From Synechococcus sp. (GTDB taxonomy: Bacteria; Cyanobacteriota; Cyanobacteriia; PCC-6307; Cyanobiaceae), in contig JBJBDC010000001.1 of the NCBI GenBank assembly GCA_047285535.1, positions 2,240,136 through 2,304,135 on the forward strand: a DNA stretch of 64,000 bases, given 5' to 3'. The first letter of the stretch is position 1, and each line of letters opens with the position of its first letter. The notes below the pieces were generated by a model. The model searched no databases. It was given only the letters and a program-made list of their open reading frames with translations, and had not been told where the DNA came from. A program made the translations under genes and the position numbers. This document shows, in pieces, positions 23,488-33,256 of this stretch.

Positions 23488-23679
23488 ATGCTGCATGAGC
23501 GCCAGCTCTCCCGCGGTCATGGAGCTCGCACATCAGAGCAAGCAGTGGTTCGCGCTGGTTCAGCCCTTTTGGCCGCGGCTTTGGTCACTGTTGCATTTCT
23601 GCTGGCTCCAGAGAGGCCTGAGCAGAGGGCGTCCATCTGTCAGGAACACCACTCAGCTGCAGCCTGTCGTGTTTGGTGA
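23488..23679 (+). CDS. Small hypothetical protein (TM helix, C-terminal SICQ..H...ACRVW)
   Basis: 63-aa reading from ATG 23488 with a hydrophobic segment and Cys motif. Confidence 0.55.
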   Translation: MLHERQLSRGHGARTSEQAVVRAGSALLAAALVTVAFLLAPERPEQRASICQEHHSAAACRVW

Positions 23680-24111
23680 TCAGGCCGTCCGAAGCCCCCA
23701 GTCCTGCTCTTCCTCGGTTTTCTGCTGAGATTCGTTATTCAGCACAGAACTCGATGATTGGCTCTGTTCTGGTTGAGCCCATTGCAGTAATCGCAGGGCG
23801 AGACGCAGATCGCTATCGATCCAGGCTCGAATGGCCATGGCACGGCGGGGGTCGTAGAAGCGCTGACGCCGATACCAGTCAAAAACGTCTGCGTCGGATT
23901 TAAGTCCGTTGCAGGACAGACATGCGGGGACGCAATTTTCGGTCACGCTCATACCCCCACGACTTAGAGGGAAAACATGATCAATGGACTCTGAAGGCTT
24001 ACCACAGTAAATGCAACGTTTGCCGGTGTGTAGATGAATTGATTGACGCCAGCGTCGATTTCGTAGCTTGGGGCAGAGATCTTCAAGGAATACCGCATCC
24101 CTGCTGTGCAT
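23680..24111 (-). CDS. HNH endonuclease family protein
   Basis: CIYCG..SIDHVFPLSRGG...ENCVPACLSCN..K. Confidence 0.9.
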   Translation of the reverse strand: MHSRDAVFLEDLCPKLRNRRWRQSIHLHTGKRCIYCGKPSESIDHVFPLSRGGMSVTENCVPACLSCNGLKSDADVFDWYRRQRFYDPRRAMAIRAWIDSDLRLALRLLQWAQPEQSQSSSSVLNNESQQKTEEEQDWGLRTA

Positions 24112-24299
24112 CTCAATACCTCAGCTAAAGGGATTCTGACGTGAGGGTCCTGTTCGTCAATGTGTCAATGGCTGCACTTCTACGGTCTAACGGTTCTTGT
24201 GGATAGGTAGTCTTCATGCTTGTTGGTGAGCTAGACGACTAACGTCTAGTTTCTTGAATTTGAATCACGGCTTCATCATCAACAGCCTGCACGCTGGGA

Positions 24300-25868
24300 T
24301 TGACTCCGTCTGGCTTGGTGCAGGTTCGTTATCCCTTTGATGCGGTAACCCATGCGGAGATGCGCAGGATTCGTCCAAGAGGCGTTTGGCGTGGTTCCCG
24401 AGTGGGTTGGGAATTTCCTCTCGCGTCAGCGGAGGCTCTGATAGGGCGTTTTGAACGGCGCTTCAGGGTGGATGCGGACTTGATTCGCTGGTTGCACTGG
24501 CATCAACATCCTCTGCCTCCGTTGCCTCCCCACCGAGATCTGATCGCGCAAGCCGATCTGGATCAACGTTTGCCTGATGGACGCTTGCCATTGCCTCATC
24601 AACGCTCTGGTGCTCGCTGGTTGCTGGCGCGGCGAGGGGCGGTGCTAGCAGATGAGATGGGGCTCGGCAAAACCCTCACAGTTTTACTGGCAGCGAGGGC
24701 CTTACTGCGTGCTTTACCGCTGCGATTGTTGGTTGTGGCTCCTGTGGGATTGCATTCGCATTGGCGCCGTGAGGCTGCGGCACTGGAGCTGATGCCGGAG
24801 CTTTGTAGCTGGGCGCGACTTCCGACAGAGCTCCCTGAGGCGGGCACCTTACTGATGGTGGATGAGGCCCACTATGCCCAGACTCTTGGAGCACAACGCA
24901 CTCAGGGCTTTCTACGTCTCGCCCGTCATCCCCGCCTGCGCGCCATTTGGATGCTTACAGGTACACCAATGAAAAACGGTCGTCCTGATCAGTTGTATCC
25001 CTTGCTGGCAGCGATGGACCATCCAATAGCCAGGGATCAGCGTTCCTTTGAGGAGTTGTTTTGCCAGGGTCATTTTCGGGAGCAGGGAGGTCGACAGCGT
25101 TGGCAGGCCACAGGAGCCACTCGACTGGACGAGCTGCGCAGGTTGACTCGACCTCTTGTTTTGCATCGGCGTAAGCGGCAGGTTTTAGACCTTCCTCCAA
25201 AACAAAGGCAGTTTCAAACGATTGCTCTGACTGATGATGAGTCAAAAGGTTTCGATCATCGTCTTCGGCTTGTCATTGATGATTACCGCCAACGTGTATT
25301 GGAAGGACTAGTACGTTCTGATGCTGAATCGTTGGCGGTGCTGACAGCCTTGCGACAAATAGCAGCCGAATTTAAGTTGCCAGCAGCGCAAGTTTTGATT
25401 CAGCATTTGCAGGAGCAGCACAAGCCGATCGTGTTGTTCAGCAGTTTTGTGGAACCGTTGCTTTTGCTTCAGGAACGCTTGGGAGGAGTTTTGTTGACAG
25501 GTCGGCAGAAACCTGAACAACGACAGCTTGCTGTCGATCGCTTTCAAGCTGGAGAGATTGACTTGCTCCTGGCAACGTTTGCTGTTGGTGGGCTTGGTTT
25601 TACCCTTCATCGCGCCCAACATGTCGTTCTTTTGGAACGTCCCTGGACTCCTGGAGACATCGACCAAGCAGAAGATCGTTGTCACCGCATTGGGATGAAT
25701 GGGGGCCTGACTAGCCATTGGCTTCAGCTTGGATTGGCTGATCAGCTGGTGGATGGTTTGGTGGCTAGCAAAGCGGAACGGATTGAGCTGCTGCTTGGGC
25801 CACGTCGCTTGACGCTTGATCGTCAACCATTACCAATCATGCTGTCGCGTTGTTTGCAGGATTTCTGA
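24300..25868 (+). CDS. SNF2-family (DEAH) helicase/ATPase
   Basis: LADEMGLGKT, VDEAH, LTGTP, GLGFTL and QAEDRCHRIG. Confidence 0.92.
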   Translation: MTPSGLVQVRYPFDAVTHAEMRRIRPRGVWRGSRVGWEFPLASAEALIGRFERRFRVDADLIRWLHWHQHPLPPLPPHRDLIAQADLDQRLPDGRLPLPHQRSGARWLLARRGAVLADEMGLGKTLTVLLAARALLRALPLRLLVVAPVGLHSHWRREAAALELMPELCSWARLPTELPEAGTLLMVDEAHYAQTLGAQRTQGFLRLARHPRLRAIWMLTGTPMKNGRPDQLYPLLAAMDHPIARDQRSFEELFCQGHFREQGGRQRWQATGATRLDELRRLTRPLVLHRRKRQVLDLPPKQRQFQTIALTDDESKGFDHRLRLVIDDYRQRVLEGLVRSDAESLAVLTALRQIAAEFKLPAAQVLIQHLQEQHKPIVLFSSFVEPLLLLQERLGGVLLTGRQKPEQRQLAVDRFQAGEIDLLLATFAVGGLGFTLHRAQHVVLLERPWTPGDIDQAEDRCHRIGMNGGLTSHWLQLGLADQLVDGLVASKAERIELLLGPRRLTLDRQPLPIMLSRCLQDF

Positions 25869-26212
25869 CGCACGTTGAGTTCATGCACCACCATCGGATC
25901 AACTGAACGTTTGTTTTGACGTACTAGTCCTATGGCTTGATTCACGTCTGCGCAGGCTTGGTCCGTTTTACCCATCAGAGTGAGTAAGAGGGACCGATCT
26001 GCAAGTACTGCTGGTGTGTCTCCATGGGCCTCTACCACTGCATTGCAGCGCTTGAGAGCATCCTCGAGATTGTTGAGATCAAGATTCGACATGCAGTCCG
26101 CGACTGATGAAGCTTCACCAGAGAGGTTTGATGTCTTGGGTTCTGATCGGCTTCGGCAGCCCACACCAGTGAGTAGCAACCCACCAATCATCAGCAAGGG
26201 AATCAGTCGCAT
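25823..26212 (-). CDS. Hypothetical TPR-like lipoprotein
   Basis: Signal peptide ending LTGVGC and TPR-like helices (DQACADVNQAI); start inferred. Confidence 0.6.
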   Translation of the reverse strand: MRLIPLLMIGGLLLTGVGCRSRSEPKTSNLSGEASSVADCMSNLDLNNLEDALKRCNAVVEAHGDTPAVLADRSLLLTLMGKTDQACADVNQAIGLVRQNKRSVDPMVVHELNVRQKSCKQRDSMIGNG

Positions 26213-26243
26213 AGACGTTTGAGACGGACGTCTGATCGACGAG

Positions 26244-26675
26244 TCAGTAGTTGTAACGGTCATCCCCATTCCAATTAGACGAATCAGATGCAGTTGAATT
26301 GGTATTGCTCGAATCGTTTGAATTGAGGATGCTGCTTAGGGATTTTGTAGTTCCATTATTTCTGCCGAAAAGATCACCGAGGTACTGACCGCAGTCTGGA
26401 TAACTGCCAGGGTCCTCAACGACGGCCTCAGTGATCATGACTGCAGCATGTTTGGGTGAGGTTTTGAACATGCCGCTTTTTTGACGTTTGATCAGGGCAT
26501 AAGCCGCTTCCCAACTGACCGTGTGATCATTATTGCTACTTCTCATATAGCAATAAATTTTTGCGCCTTTCATGGCTTCCGTTGTTCCTGCGATCGCCTC
26601 TGAAGGAACCAAACTGAATCCAGCCAATCCGGCCAGTGGAAGGAGGAGCGCAAGGCTTTGGCGCAATCGGGCCAT
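26244..26675 (-). CDS. Hypothetical exported protein
   Basis: Signal peptide (SEAIA), GAKIYCYMR motif and low-complexity tail. Confidence 0.7.
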   Translation of the reverse strand: MARLRQSLALLLPLAGLAGFSLVPSEAIAGTTEAMKGAKIYCYMRSSNNDHTVSWEAAYALIKRQKSGMFKTSPKHAAVMITEAVVEDPGSYPDCGQYLGDLFGRNNGTTKSLSSILNSNDSSNTNSTASDSSNWNGDDRYNY

Positions 26676-26738
26676 GACAGTAAGGATGGAGCAATCAGCG
26701 TCAAATTATCGATTGGAATCGCTCTGTCTAGGTCTGGG

Positions 26739-27263
26739 TTAGGAATCACCAAGCCCAAGGGGCGTGAGCAGCTTCACCACAATGGGAATCACAAGAAGAA
26801 CTGTGATCAGTCGAACGGCATGCAGCGCAGCAACGGCTGCTCCAACGCCGTAGTCAGCACCAACAAGACTCATGCCGCTAATGCCTCCTGGCGCCGCACC
26901 CAGGAGGGTGACAAGTGGGTCTACACCCAGCAACCTGCTGCTCCAAAGACCCACGACAATTCCTGTCAGCACCAGGGTGAGCGTGATTAAAACCGCTGGT
27001 TTCCACAACATCTGCAATTGTTCGAGTGAGGCTTTGGTGAGACCTGTCCCGATCACCGTCCCGATGGCGATTTCCAATCCTGTTCGTGTGCCTGTGGGCC
27101 ATTGGGCGACCTCAAGACGCCCACTCATACTCACAAAGGCTGCTCCTATTAAGGCCCCTGCAAGGGGCGCAGCCGGTATGCCAGTGCGTGTTGCAAGCAA
27201 ACCCATACCCGTTCCAGCAAGCAGATAGATGAGCACCGTTGTGAGTGGGGGCATGAACTCCAC
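26739..27263 (-). CDS. AbrB-like membrane protein (putative ammonia monooxygenase family), single repeat
   Basis: Five hydrophobic helices, IPAAPLAG, APGGISGM and HAVRL. Confidence 0.8.
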   Translation of the reverse strand: MEFMPPLTTVLIYLLAGTGMGLLATRTGIPAAPLAGALIGAAFVSMSGRLEVAQWPTGTRTGLEIAIGTVIGTGLTKASLEQLQMLWKPAVLITLTLVLTGIVVGLWSSRLLGVDPLVTLLGAAPGGISGMSLVGADYGVGAAVAALHAVRLITVLLVIPIVVKLLTPLGLGDS

Positions 27264-27338
27264 GCTGCATATCGGTCCTCAGTCTGGATCGTGAGGTTGT
27301 GATGTGCTGTTATCGGGGCATGTCAGTTTTTTAAAGAG

Positions 27339-27629
27339 ATGACCCAGTCGGTTTCCTTTCGCATCACACGCACAGCGGAAGATGTTGCTCAGACTCTTAC
27401 TGCGCTATCTCAACGTCTGATCAAACTTGAAAATCGTCTTGAGAGTTTGGAACTTCAGCTGGTTCGTCAGGCTTCTGAACCCAGCGCCATGCCAACGGAT
27501 GAAATCGAACGTCTCGACGAAGTGGATCGCTTACTCATCGACTGCAGAGATTTGTTGCTTCGTTCTGAGCCTCAAGTAGTGGGTCTATCCAATCCTGAAA
27601 TGTCTTCGGAGCAAGATTTGGCAGCCTAA
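27339..27629 (+). CDS. Hypothetical coiled-coil protein
   Basis: 96-aa ORF with a leucine heptad pattern. Confidence 0.65.
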   Translation: MTQSVSFRITRTAEDVAQTLTALSQRLIKLENRLESLELQLVRQASEPSAMPTDEIERLDEVDRLLIDCRDLLLRSEPQVVGLSNPEMSSEQDLAA

Positions 27630-27669
27630 CCGCTCATACGAGTGGCACAATGAAAAGAAAGCCACCTCC

Positions 27670-27912
27670 ATGGCTCGTCCTTCCAACGATCCCTTAGCGA
27701 CTTGCGAGACAATCAAGCAAGATGTGATTCGCTCTTCTCCTGGCACCAGGTTGTCTGCCACCCATCAAAGTTTTTTTGAAGGTGGTCATCAACTTGAAAA
27801 ACTGGAATTTGCTCTTGCTGTGGCAATGACTCAAGGTGATGTCAATCGATGCGAGTTGCTTCGGGGGCAGATTGCCGAGCTAGGGGGCAACGTTGAAGAA
27901 CCTGGAACTTGA
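27670..27912 (+). CDS. Hypothetical protein
   Basis: 80-aa ORF, FFEGGHQLEKLEFALAVA..EEPGT. Confidence 0.6.
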   Translation: MARPSNDPLATCETIKQDVIRSSPGTRLSATHQSFFEGGHQLEKLEFALAVAMTQGDVNRCELLRGQIAELGGNVEEPGT

Positions 27913-27969
27913 ACTTAGATGGATTTGCGATTCATTCGTTAGACTTTAGGCGCTAAATTCCATTGAGTA

Positions 27970-28194
27970 TTGAATTCGGTCCTTAATAGAAATTCAAATA
28001 TGATGCATTCGGCTCCCAATCAAAAGCAGGAGCATCTTGCAAAAGCCGATGTTTTGTTTCAGCGCGCTCAAACTGCTGCTGAAGCTGGAGATTATGTAGC
28101 CTCAGGTTCTTTGATCTTGAAAGGTCTTGAGCAAGAACGTCGCGCAGGAACCGTCGGTCCGCAGGTGATGCAGTTGATTAAACCAAGGGCTTGA
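27970..28194 (+). CDS. Hypothetical protein
   Basis: 74-aa ORF (start may be ATG at ~28000) ending GPQVMQLIKPR. Confidence 0.6.
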   Translation: MNSVLNRNSNMMHSAPNQKQEHLAKADVLFQRAQTAAEAGDYVASGSLILKGLEQERRAGTVGPQVMQLIKPRA

Positions 28195-28197
28195 TCA

Positions 28198-28269
28198 AGC
28201 GGGTGACCGGATTCGAACCGGCGACGACCAGCTTGGGAAGCTGACATTCTACCGCTGAATTACACCCGC
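28198..28269 (-). tRNA. tRNA-Gly (anticodon CCC)
   Basis: Reverse complement GCGGGTGTAATTCAGCGGTAGAATGTCAGCTTCCCAAGCTGGTCGTCGCCGGTTCGAATCCGGTCACCCGCT folds as a cloverleaf with GGTTCGAATC T-loop; CCA not encoded. Confidence 0.96.
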
Positions 28270-28319
28270 ATTCACGTGATTCTATCTCATCGCGAATGTT
28301 TAGTTGAGCATTAATTGTT

Positions 28320-29471
28320 TTATTTTTTGCTTAATATCGACGATGCAGCCCTAACCCCTGCGCCCGTGTTCTCGTGAATTCCGAGAGCATTCAAGACAGC
28401 TTCAATGGCGGCTACTGCAGTGAGGACGTCTCGATCGCAGACGAAGCCGAGATGGCCGATGCGAAAGACTTTCCCTTTGAGATGGTCTTGGCCTCCAGCC
28501 AAAAGAATGTCAAACCGATCTTTAACTGTTTTGCGCAGCAGTTCCGCATCAATTCCTTCTGGCGCGACTGCAGTAATGGCTGGACTTCCATAGCTCTCGG
28601 CAGCAAAGAGTGTCAGTCCGATGGCTTTCATGGCAGCTTGTGTTGCATCGCGGTGGCGAGTATGGCGGGCAAAGATTGCTTCCATCCCCTCCTCCTGCAT
28701 CATCTCCAGTGCCGCATCAAGAGCGAAGTACAGATTCACCGCCGGGGTGAAGGGATTGCTGTTTTTGGCTGAGGTTTTCCGATAGGGACCTAAATCCAAA
28801 TAAAATTTTGGAAGGTCTGAACGTTCATAAGCCTTCCAGGATCGTTCACTCATGGCCACAAAGCTGAGGCCGGGAGGCATCATGTACCCCTTTTGGGATC
28901 CGGATGCGACCACATCCAGGTTCCAGTCATCCATGGGAACGTTGGTCGCTCCCAGGCTGGTCACACAGTCAGCGATGGTGAGTGCTGTGCCATGAGCTTG
29001 AACGTGTCGGCTGATCGTTTCAAGGTCATTGATCACCCCTGTGGATGTTTCTGAATGGGTCAGAATCACCGCACGGATTTCTTTCTCAATGTCGGCTTCC
29101 AGAGCACTCCGGAAGTCATCTGGGTTGAGTGGATGACCCCATTCTGCCTTGATGACGTCAACAACCAGCCCGTAAGCACGGGCCACCTTCACCCAGCGCT
29201 CACCAAATTTGCCATTGTCGCCGCAGATCACCCGATCTCCACGACTCAATGTGTTGATGATGCCAGCTTCCATGGCAGCTGTGCCGCTGCCGGTGATCAC
29301 CAGGACGTCATCCTTGGTTTGATGCAGCCAGCGCAGTCGAGCGGTGGTGCGCTCCACCACCGCCTGAAACTCAGCGCTGCGATGTCCGATCGGATGGCCT
29401 CCCATCGCTTTCAGCACTGTTTCTGGCACCGGAGTGGGTCCGGGGATCATCAGGGTGAGCTTGTCCTGCAC
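28320..29471 (-). CDS. Class V PLP aminotransferase (alanine/serine-glyoxylate; DhsS-like)
   Basis: MIPGPTP, HSETSTG, SGSQKG and FRIGHLG. Confidence 0.92.
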   Translation of the reverse strand: MQDKLTLMIPGPTPVPETVLKAMGGHPIGHRSAEFQAVVERTTARLRWLHQTKDDVLVITGSGTAAMEAGIINTLSRGDRVICGDNGKFGERWVKVARAYGLVVDVIKAEWGHPLNPDDFRSALEADIEKEIRAVILTHSETSTGVINDLETISRHVQAHGTALTIADCVTSLGATNVPMDDWNLDVVASGSQKGYMMPPGLSFVAMSERSWKAYERSDLPKFYLDLGPYRKTSAKNSNPFTPAVNLYFALDAALEMMQEEGMEAIFARHTRHRDATQAAMKAIGLTLFAAESYGSPAITAVAPEGIDAELLRKTVKDRFDILLAGGQDHLKGKVFRIGHLGFVCDRDVLTAVAAIEAVLNALGIHENTGAGVRAASSILSKK

Positions 29472-29513
29472 GACCGGAAGAGCGCCAATCGTTCAGTTTA
29501 AAAAACGATCCGC

Positions 29514-30701
29514 ATGCAGATAGCTATCACTCAAAACCTGACAGATTCGCCTCACGGGCTGACTCTCCCGGTCTGGGTTGCCGCTGCAGCTCGAGCGGCA
29601 ACGCAAGTCCTGTGTGGACAGAGCGCTGAAAATCAACAATCCCTGCAGATTCCAGGCCGAGATGAGGCCTTACTCGTTCCGATTCAGTCTGCGGCACCTT
29701 TGCATGGAGGTGAGCTGGCGCTGGCGATCAGCCGTTGCGATCCAGGCCCAGGGCTTGACCTCACTCGAGATTTGGAGATTTGGGTTCAGGCGCGTTGGAG
29801 CCATACGGAAGCGGGGTGGTTGCAGATCATCCCAGGTGAGGGGATTGGTAGGCAGGGACGTGATGGTGACCTTTGTGCATCGGAATTTGCACGCTGTTTG
29901 CTTGAGGAGAATCTGCGACCCATGGTTCCATCCGGTCGATGCTTAGAGCTGGAGATTGTGTTTCCGTTGGGCCGTGCCCTGGCCCAGCGCACAAGCAATG
30001 CGGCTTTTGGTGTGGTGGAGGGCTTGGCCTTGATCGGAACGCAAGCGGAGGTCCAGACCAGTGCCTCGCCAGATCAGCTGAGCGCCAGTCTTGATGCCCT
30101 TCAGTCAATTGCAACAGCATCGGATTTTTGCGGATCTTTGACCTTGGTGATTGGGGAGAACGGGCTGGATCTTGCCCATCAGCTTGGTCTTGCAGATCAC
30201 CAGCCCCTGATTAAGGCAGGGAACTGGATAGGCCCTTTGCTCGTTGCTAGTGCGGAAGCGGGGGTCAGCAACCTGCTTCTGCTGGGGTATCACGGAAAGT
30301 TGGTCAAGTTAGCGGGTGGGATCTTTCATACCCATCACCATTTAGCTGATGGCCGTCTAGAAGTTCTCGCGGCGATTGCCTTGAAGCAGGGCCTTGGTGT
30401 TCATTTGGTCAAAGATCAGCTTGCGGCTTCCTCGATGGAAGAGGCTCTTCAGAAGCTGCAGAAGCGCGATGCGGCCCTGGCCAATCGCGTCTGGCAAGCG
30501 ATTGCGCAGACGGTAGAAGTGCGAAGCGAGGCTTACCTAAAGCGCTATGGAAACTGGCCGATGAGGGTGGGAGCGGCATTATTTGATCGTCAACGCCGTC
30601 TGCGCTGGTCCGGATCCATGGGGCACTCTCTGCTCGAGCGTTCCGGACTTGCCATTCATTCAGAAGGGGAAGAGTCTGGCTTTGATCCTTCTCTACGCTG
30701 A
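29514..30701 (+). CDS. cbiD: Cobalt-precorrin-5B C1-methyltransferase
   Basis: GLTLPVW, LDLTR, RTSNAAFGVVEGLALIGT and GYHGKLVKLAGGIFHTH. Confidence 0.92.
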   Translation: MQIAITQNLTDSPHGLTLPVWVAAAARAATQVLCGQSAENQQSLQIPGRDEALLVPIQSAAPLHGGELALAISRCDPGPGLDLTRDLEIWVQARWSHTEAGWLQIIPGEGIGRQGRDGDLCASEFARCLLEENLRPMVPSGRCLELEIVFPLGRALAQRTSNAAFGVVEGLALIGTQAEVQTSASPDQLSASLDALQSIATASDFCGSLTLVIGENGLDLAHQLGLADHQPLIKAGNWIGPLLVASAEAGVSNLLLLGYHGKLVKLAGGIFHTHHHLADGRLEVLAAIALKQGLGVHLVKDQLAASSMEEALQKLQKRDAALANRVWQAIAQTVEVRSEAYLKRYGNWPMRVGAALFDRQRRLRWSGSMGHSLLERSGLAIHSEGEESGFDPSLR

Positions 30702-30749
30702 AGGGACTGAAGGTTTGGAAGACCGTTTCATGAACGGTCCAAGTGTGGT

Positions 30750-32336
30750 ATGTCATCAGTCCAGAGCAAAGGTCATCGCAAGCCGGCCATTGTCATTCTT
30801 GATTTCGGTTCCCAGTATTCGGAACTGATTGCACGCCGAGTGCGGGAGACGGAGGTCTTTTCGGTGGTGTTGAGCCATACCACCAGCGCGGAGGAATTAC
30901 GCAAGTTGTCTCCTCGTGGAATCATCCTCAGCGGAGGTCCAAGTTCGGTGTATGCCGAAGGAGCTCCCCTTTGTGATTCAGCGATTTGGGATCTGGGTAT
31001 TCCAGTGCTGGGGGTGTGTTACGGGATGCAGTTGATGGTGCAGCAACTTGGTGGTCAGGTTGTCGCGGCCACGGGTAAAGCTGAATACGGCAAGGCTCCA
31101 CTTGTGGTGGATGACCCCACCGATCTCCTCACCAATGTGGAAAACAAATCCACAATGTGGATGAGCCACGGCGATTCCGTTGAAGCCTTGCCAGAAGGCT
31201 TTGTGCGTTTGGCACATACAGCCAATACTCCTGAGGCGGCGATTGCTAATCACAATCGTCATTTATATGGTGTTCAATTTCATCCTGAAGTGGTTCATTC
31301 CATTTTTGGGATGGCAATGATTCGCAATTTTGTTTATCACATTTGTGGTTGCGAACCGGATTGGACTACGGATGCATTCATTGATGAAGCTGTCGCTCAT
31401 GTGCGCGAGCAAGTTGGTAGTAAGAGAGTGCTTTTGGCTCTCTCAGGAGGGGTTGATTCTTCAACCCTTGCCTTTCTTTTGAAAAAGGCGATTGGAGATC
31501 AGCTCACCTGCATGTTCATCGATCAGGGCTTCATGCGTAAGGGGGAGCCTGAATTCTTGATGGAGTTCTTTGATCAGAAATTTAATATTCATGTTGAATA
31601 CATCAGTGCGCGTGAACGGTTTCTCAAGAAACTTGATGGCATTACCGATCCAGAAGACAAACGCAAAATTATCGGGACGGAATTCATTCGTGTATTTGAA
31701 GAGGAAAGTCGCCGTCTTGGACCCTTTGATTACCTAGCCCAGGGCACGCTCTATCCGGATGTGATCGAGAGCGCAGGTACCAACGTGGATCCCAAATCCG
31801 GTGAACGGGTGGCAGTGAAGATCAAGAGCCATCACAACGTGGGTGGTCTACCTAAGGATCTGCAGTTCAAGTTGGTGGAGCCCCTGCGCAGACTCTTTAA
31901 AGATGAAGTGCGTAAGGTGGGCCGATCGCTTGGTTTGCCTGAGGAGATCGTGCGTCGTCATCCTTTTCCAGGTCCAGGTCTGGCGATTCGCATCCTGGGC
32001 GAAGTCACGGAAGAAAAACTCGATTGTTTGCGCGATGCCGATCTGATCGTCCGCGAGGAGGTGAGTGCTGCTGGGCTTTATCACGACATTTGGCAGGCGT
32101 TTGCTGTTCTTCTCCCCGTGCGCTCGGTGGGTGTCATGGGTGACAAGCGCACCTACGCCTGGCCAATCGTGCTGCGCTGCGTTTCCAGTGAAGACGGTAT
32201 GACCGCGGATTGGTCCAGGCTTCCCTATGACCTGATGGAAACCATTTCCAATCGGATCGTGAATGAGGTGAAAGGAGTCAATCGCGTGGTGATGGACATC
32301 ACCAGTAAGCCTCCTGGAACAATTGAGTGGGAATAG
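30750..32336 (+). CDS. guaA: GMP synthase (glutamine-hydrolysing)
   Basis: [27 protein letters not shown] and KPPGTIEWE. Confidence 0.98.
   Translation: MSSVQSKGHRKPAIVILDFGSQYSELIARRVRETEVFSVVLSHTTSAEELRKLSPRGIILSGGPSSVYAEGAPLCDSAIWDLGIPVLGVCYGMQLMVQQLGGQVVAATGKAEYGKAPLVVDDPTDLLTNVENKSTMWMSHGDSVEALPEGFVRLAHTANTPEAAIANHNRHLYGVQFHPEVVHSIFGMAMIRNFVYHICGCEPDWTTDAFIDEAVAHVREQVGSKRVLLALSGGVDSSTLAFLLKKAIGDQLTCMFIDQGFMRKGEPEFLMEFFDQKFNIHVEYISARERFLKKLDGITDPEDKRKIIGTEFIRVFEEESRRLGPFDYLAQGTLYPDVIESAGTNVDPKSGERVAVKIKSHHNVGGLPKDLQFKLVEPLRRLFKDEVRKVGRSLGLPEEIVRRHPFPGPGLAIRILGEVTEEKLDCLRDADLIVREEVSAAGLYHDIWQAFAVLLPVRSVGVMGDKRTYAWPIVLRCVSSEDGMTADWSRLPYDLMETISNRIVNEVKGVNRVVMDITSKPPGTIEWE
32322..32336 (+). 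repeat. Putative attL: 3' end of guaA (ATTGAGTGGGAATAG)
   Basis: 13/15 identical to 38402-38416, with an exact 11-mer GAGTGGGAATA. Confidence 0.7.
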
Positions 32337-32438
32337 TTCAGGGGGTCAAATCCCATCTGATACTAAAAAATTAGGTTCCACCTTGCACCTTGTCACCTTC
32401 TCTATCGAGAAGTCGTTGACCAGAGGTTTTCTCTACAC

Positions 32439-32785
32439 GTGGGAATCAAGAACAATCGAGGCAACAATCAACGGACCTATGCCCTCTTTGAGGAACTCAG
32501 GCACTTGAGGGTGTTTCCTCAAGCAGAGGTCCCTTACATCTACAGGCGTCTTGATCGTCAGCAGGATTTGCTCGTGGAAGAGCGGGCGTATCAAGTTCGT
32601 GTTCCTGTGCCAATGGAGAAAGGCGTCAGGAAATCCCTGAGGACTTCAGACAGGACCACTGCCATTGAGCGAGCAGAGGACTTAGTGCTTGAACTCAAGA
32701 GTGCCCTGAGAGCGGGAGGTAATGCCTCCAGGGTTACTGCTGAGGATTTAGTCAGTCGCTTCCTCAAGACCAAGCGTGCTCGTGC
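32439..32785 (+). pseudogene. Truncated N-terminal arm-binding region of a tyrosine integrase
   Basis: YQVRVPVP..VRKSLRTSD...A...A pattern directly after guaA; no catalytic domain in frame, ORF runs on to a stop at 32864. Confidence 0.65.
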
Positions 32786-33077
32786 TCTTTTTCAATCAAT
32801 TTCAATCAATCGCCCACAAAGACCGAAGGACTCATCTGCGTCCACTCTCGATTTAGTCCTTTGACAAGAAGTCTACGTAATTTTGTGACTGAATTGGTCT
32901 TTCATGCACCTCTTCTCACTCTTTTCGTAGGACATAACAGACTGAGTTGTATCGTGAAGGGTGTTCATTAAGAGAAATTCAGCACATTTCTGGTAGCAAA
33001 TCCCCTCAGTCTTCCAGGAGTATCTGGAAATTGAAAAAGAAGAGATTGTTGAAAAGTTCCATCAAAAATGGCGCTAG
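32786..33077 (+). pseudogene. Decayed C-terminal catalytic part of a Xer-like tyrosine recombinase
   Basis: Hand translation across frameshifts and stops: FDKK/LRNF/CD*IGLSCTSSHSFRRT*QTELYREGCSLREIQHISGSKS/FQEYLEIEKEE..WR*; HxxR at 32917-32928 and Tyr at 33021. Confidence 0.75.
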
Positions 33078-33256
33078 AACTAGCTTAATCTTTAATTGCT
33101 GACACTAAGGGAAGTCTGTTGAGGGCTTAAATTGTCTGAGCAGATGTGGCGATGGGTTTTATATCATTCAAATCTCACAGGCAATTGCTTTGTTTAAAGG
33201 GAATAAGCTTGGGTTTAATATAAAACGAAATCGTGTCTTGTTGATGTGATAGCAAA

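Noticed and set aside
28198..28269. tRNA-Gly as an island integration site
   Set aside because: No adjacent integrase, no duplicated tRNA 3' end seen, and flanks have near-core composition
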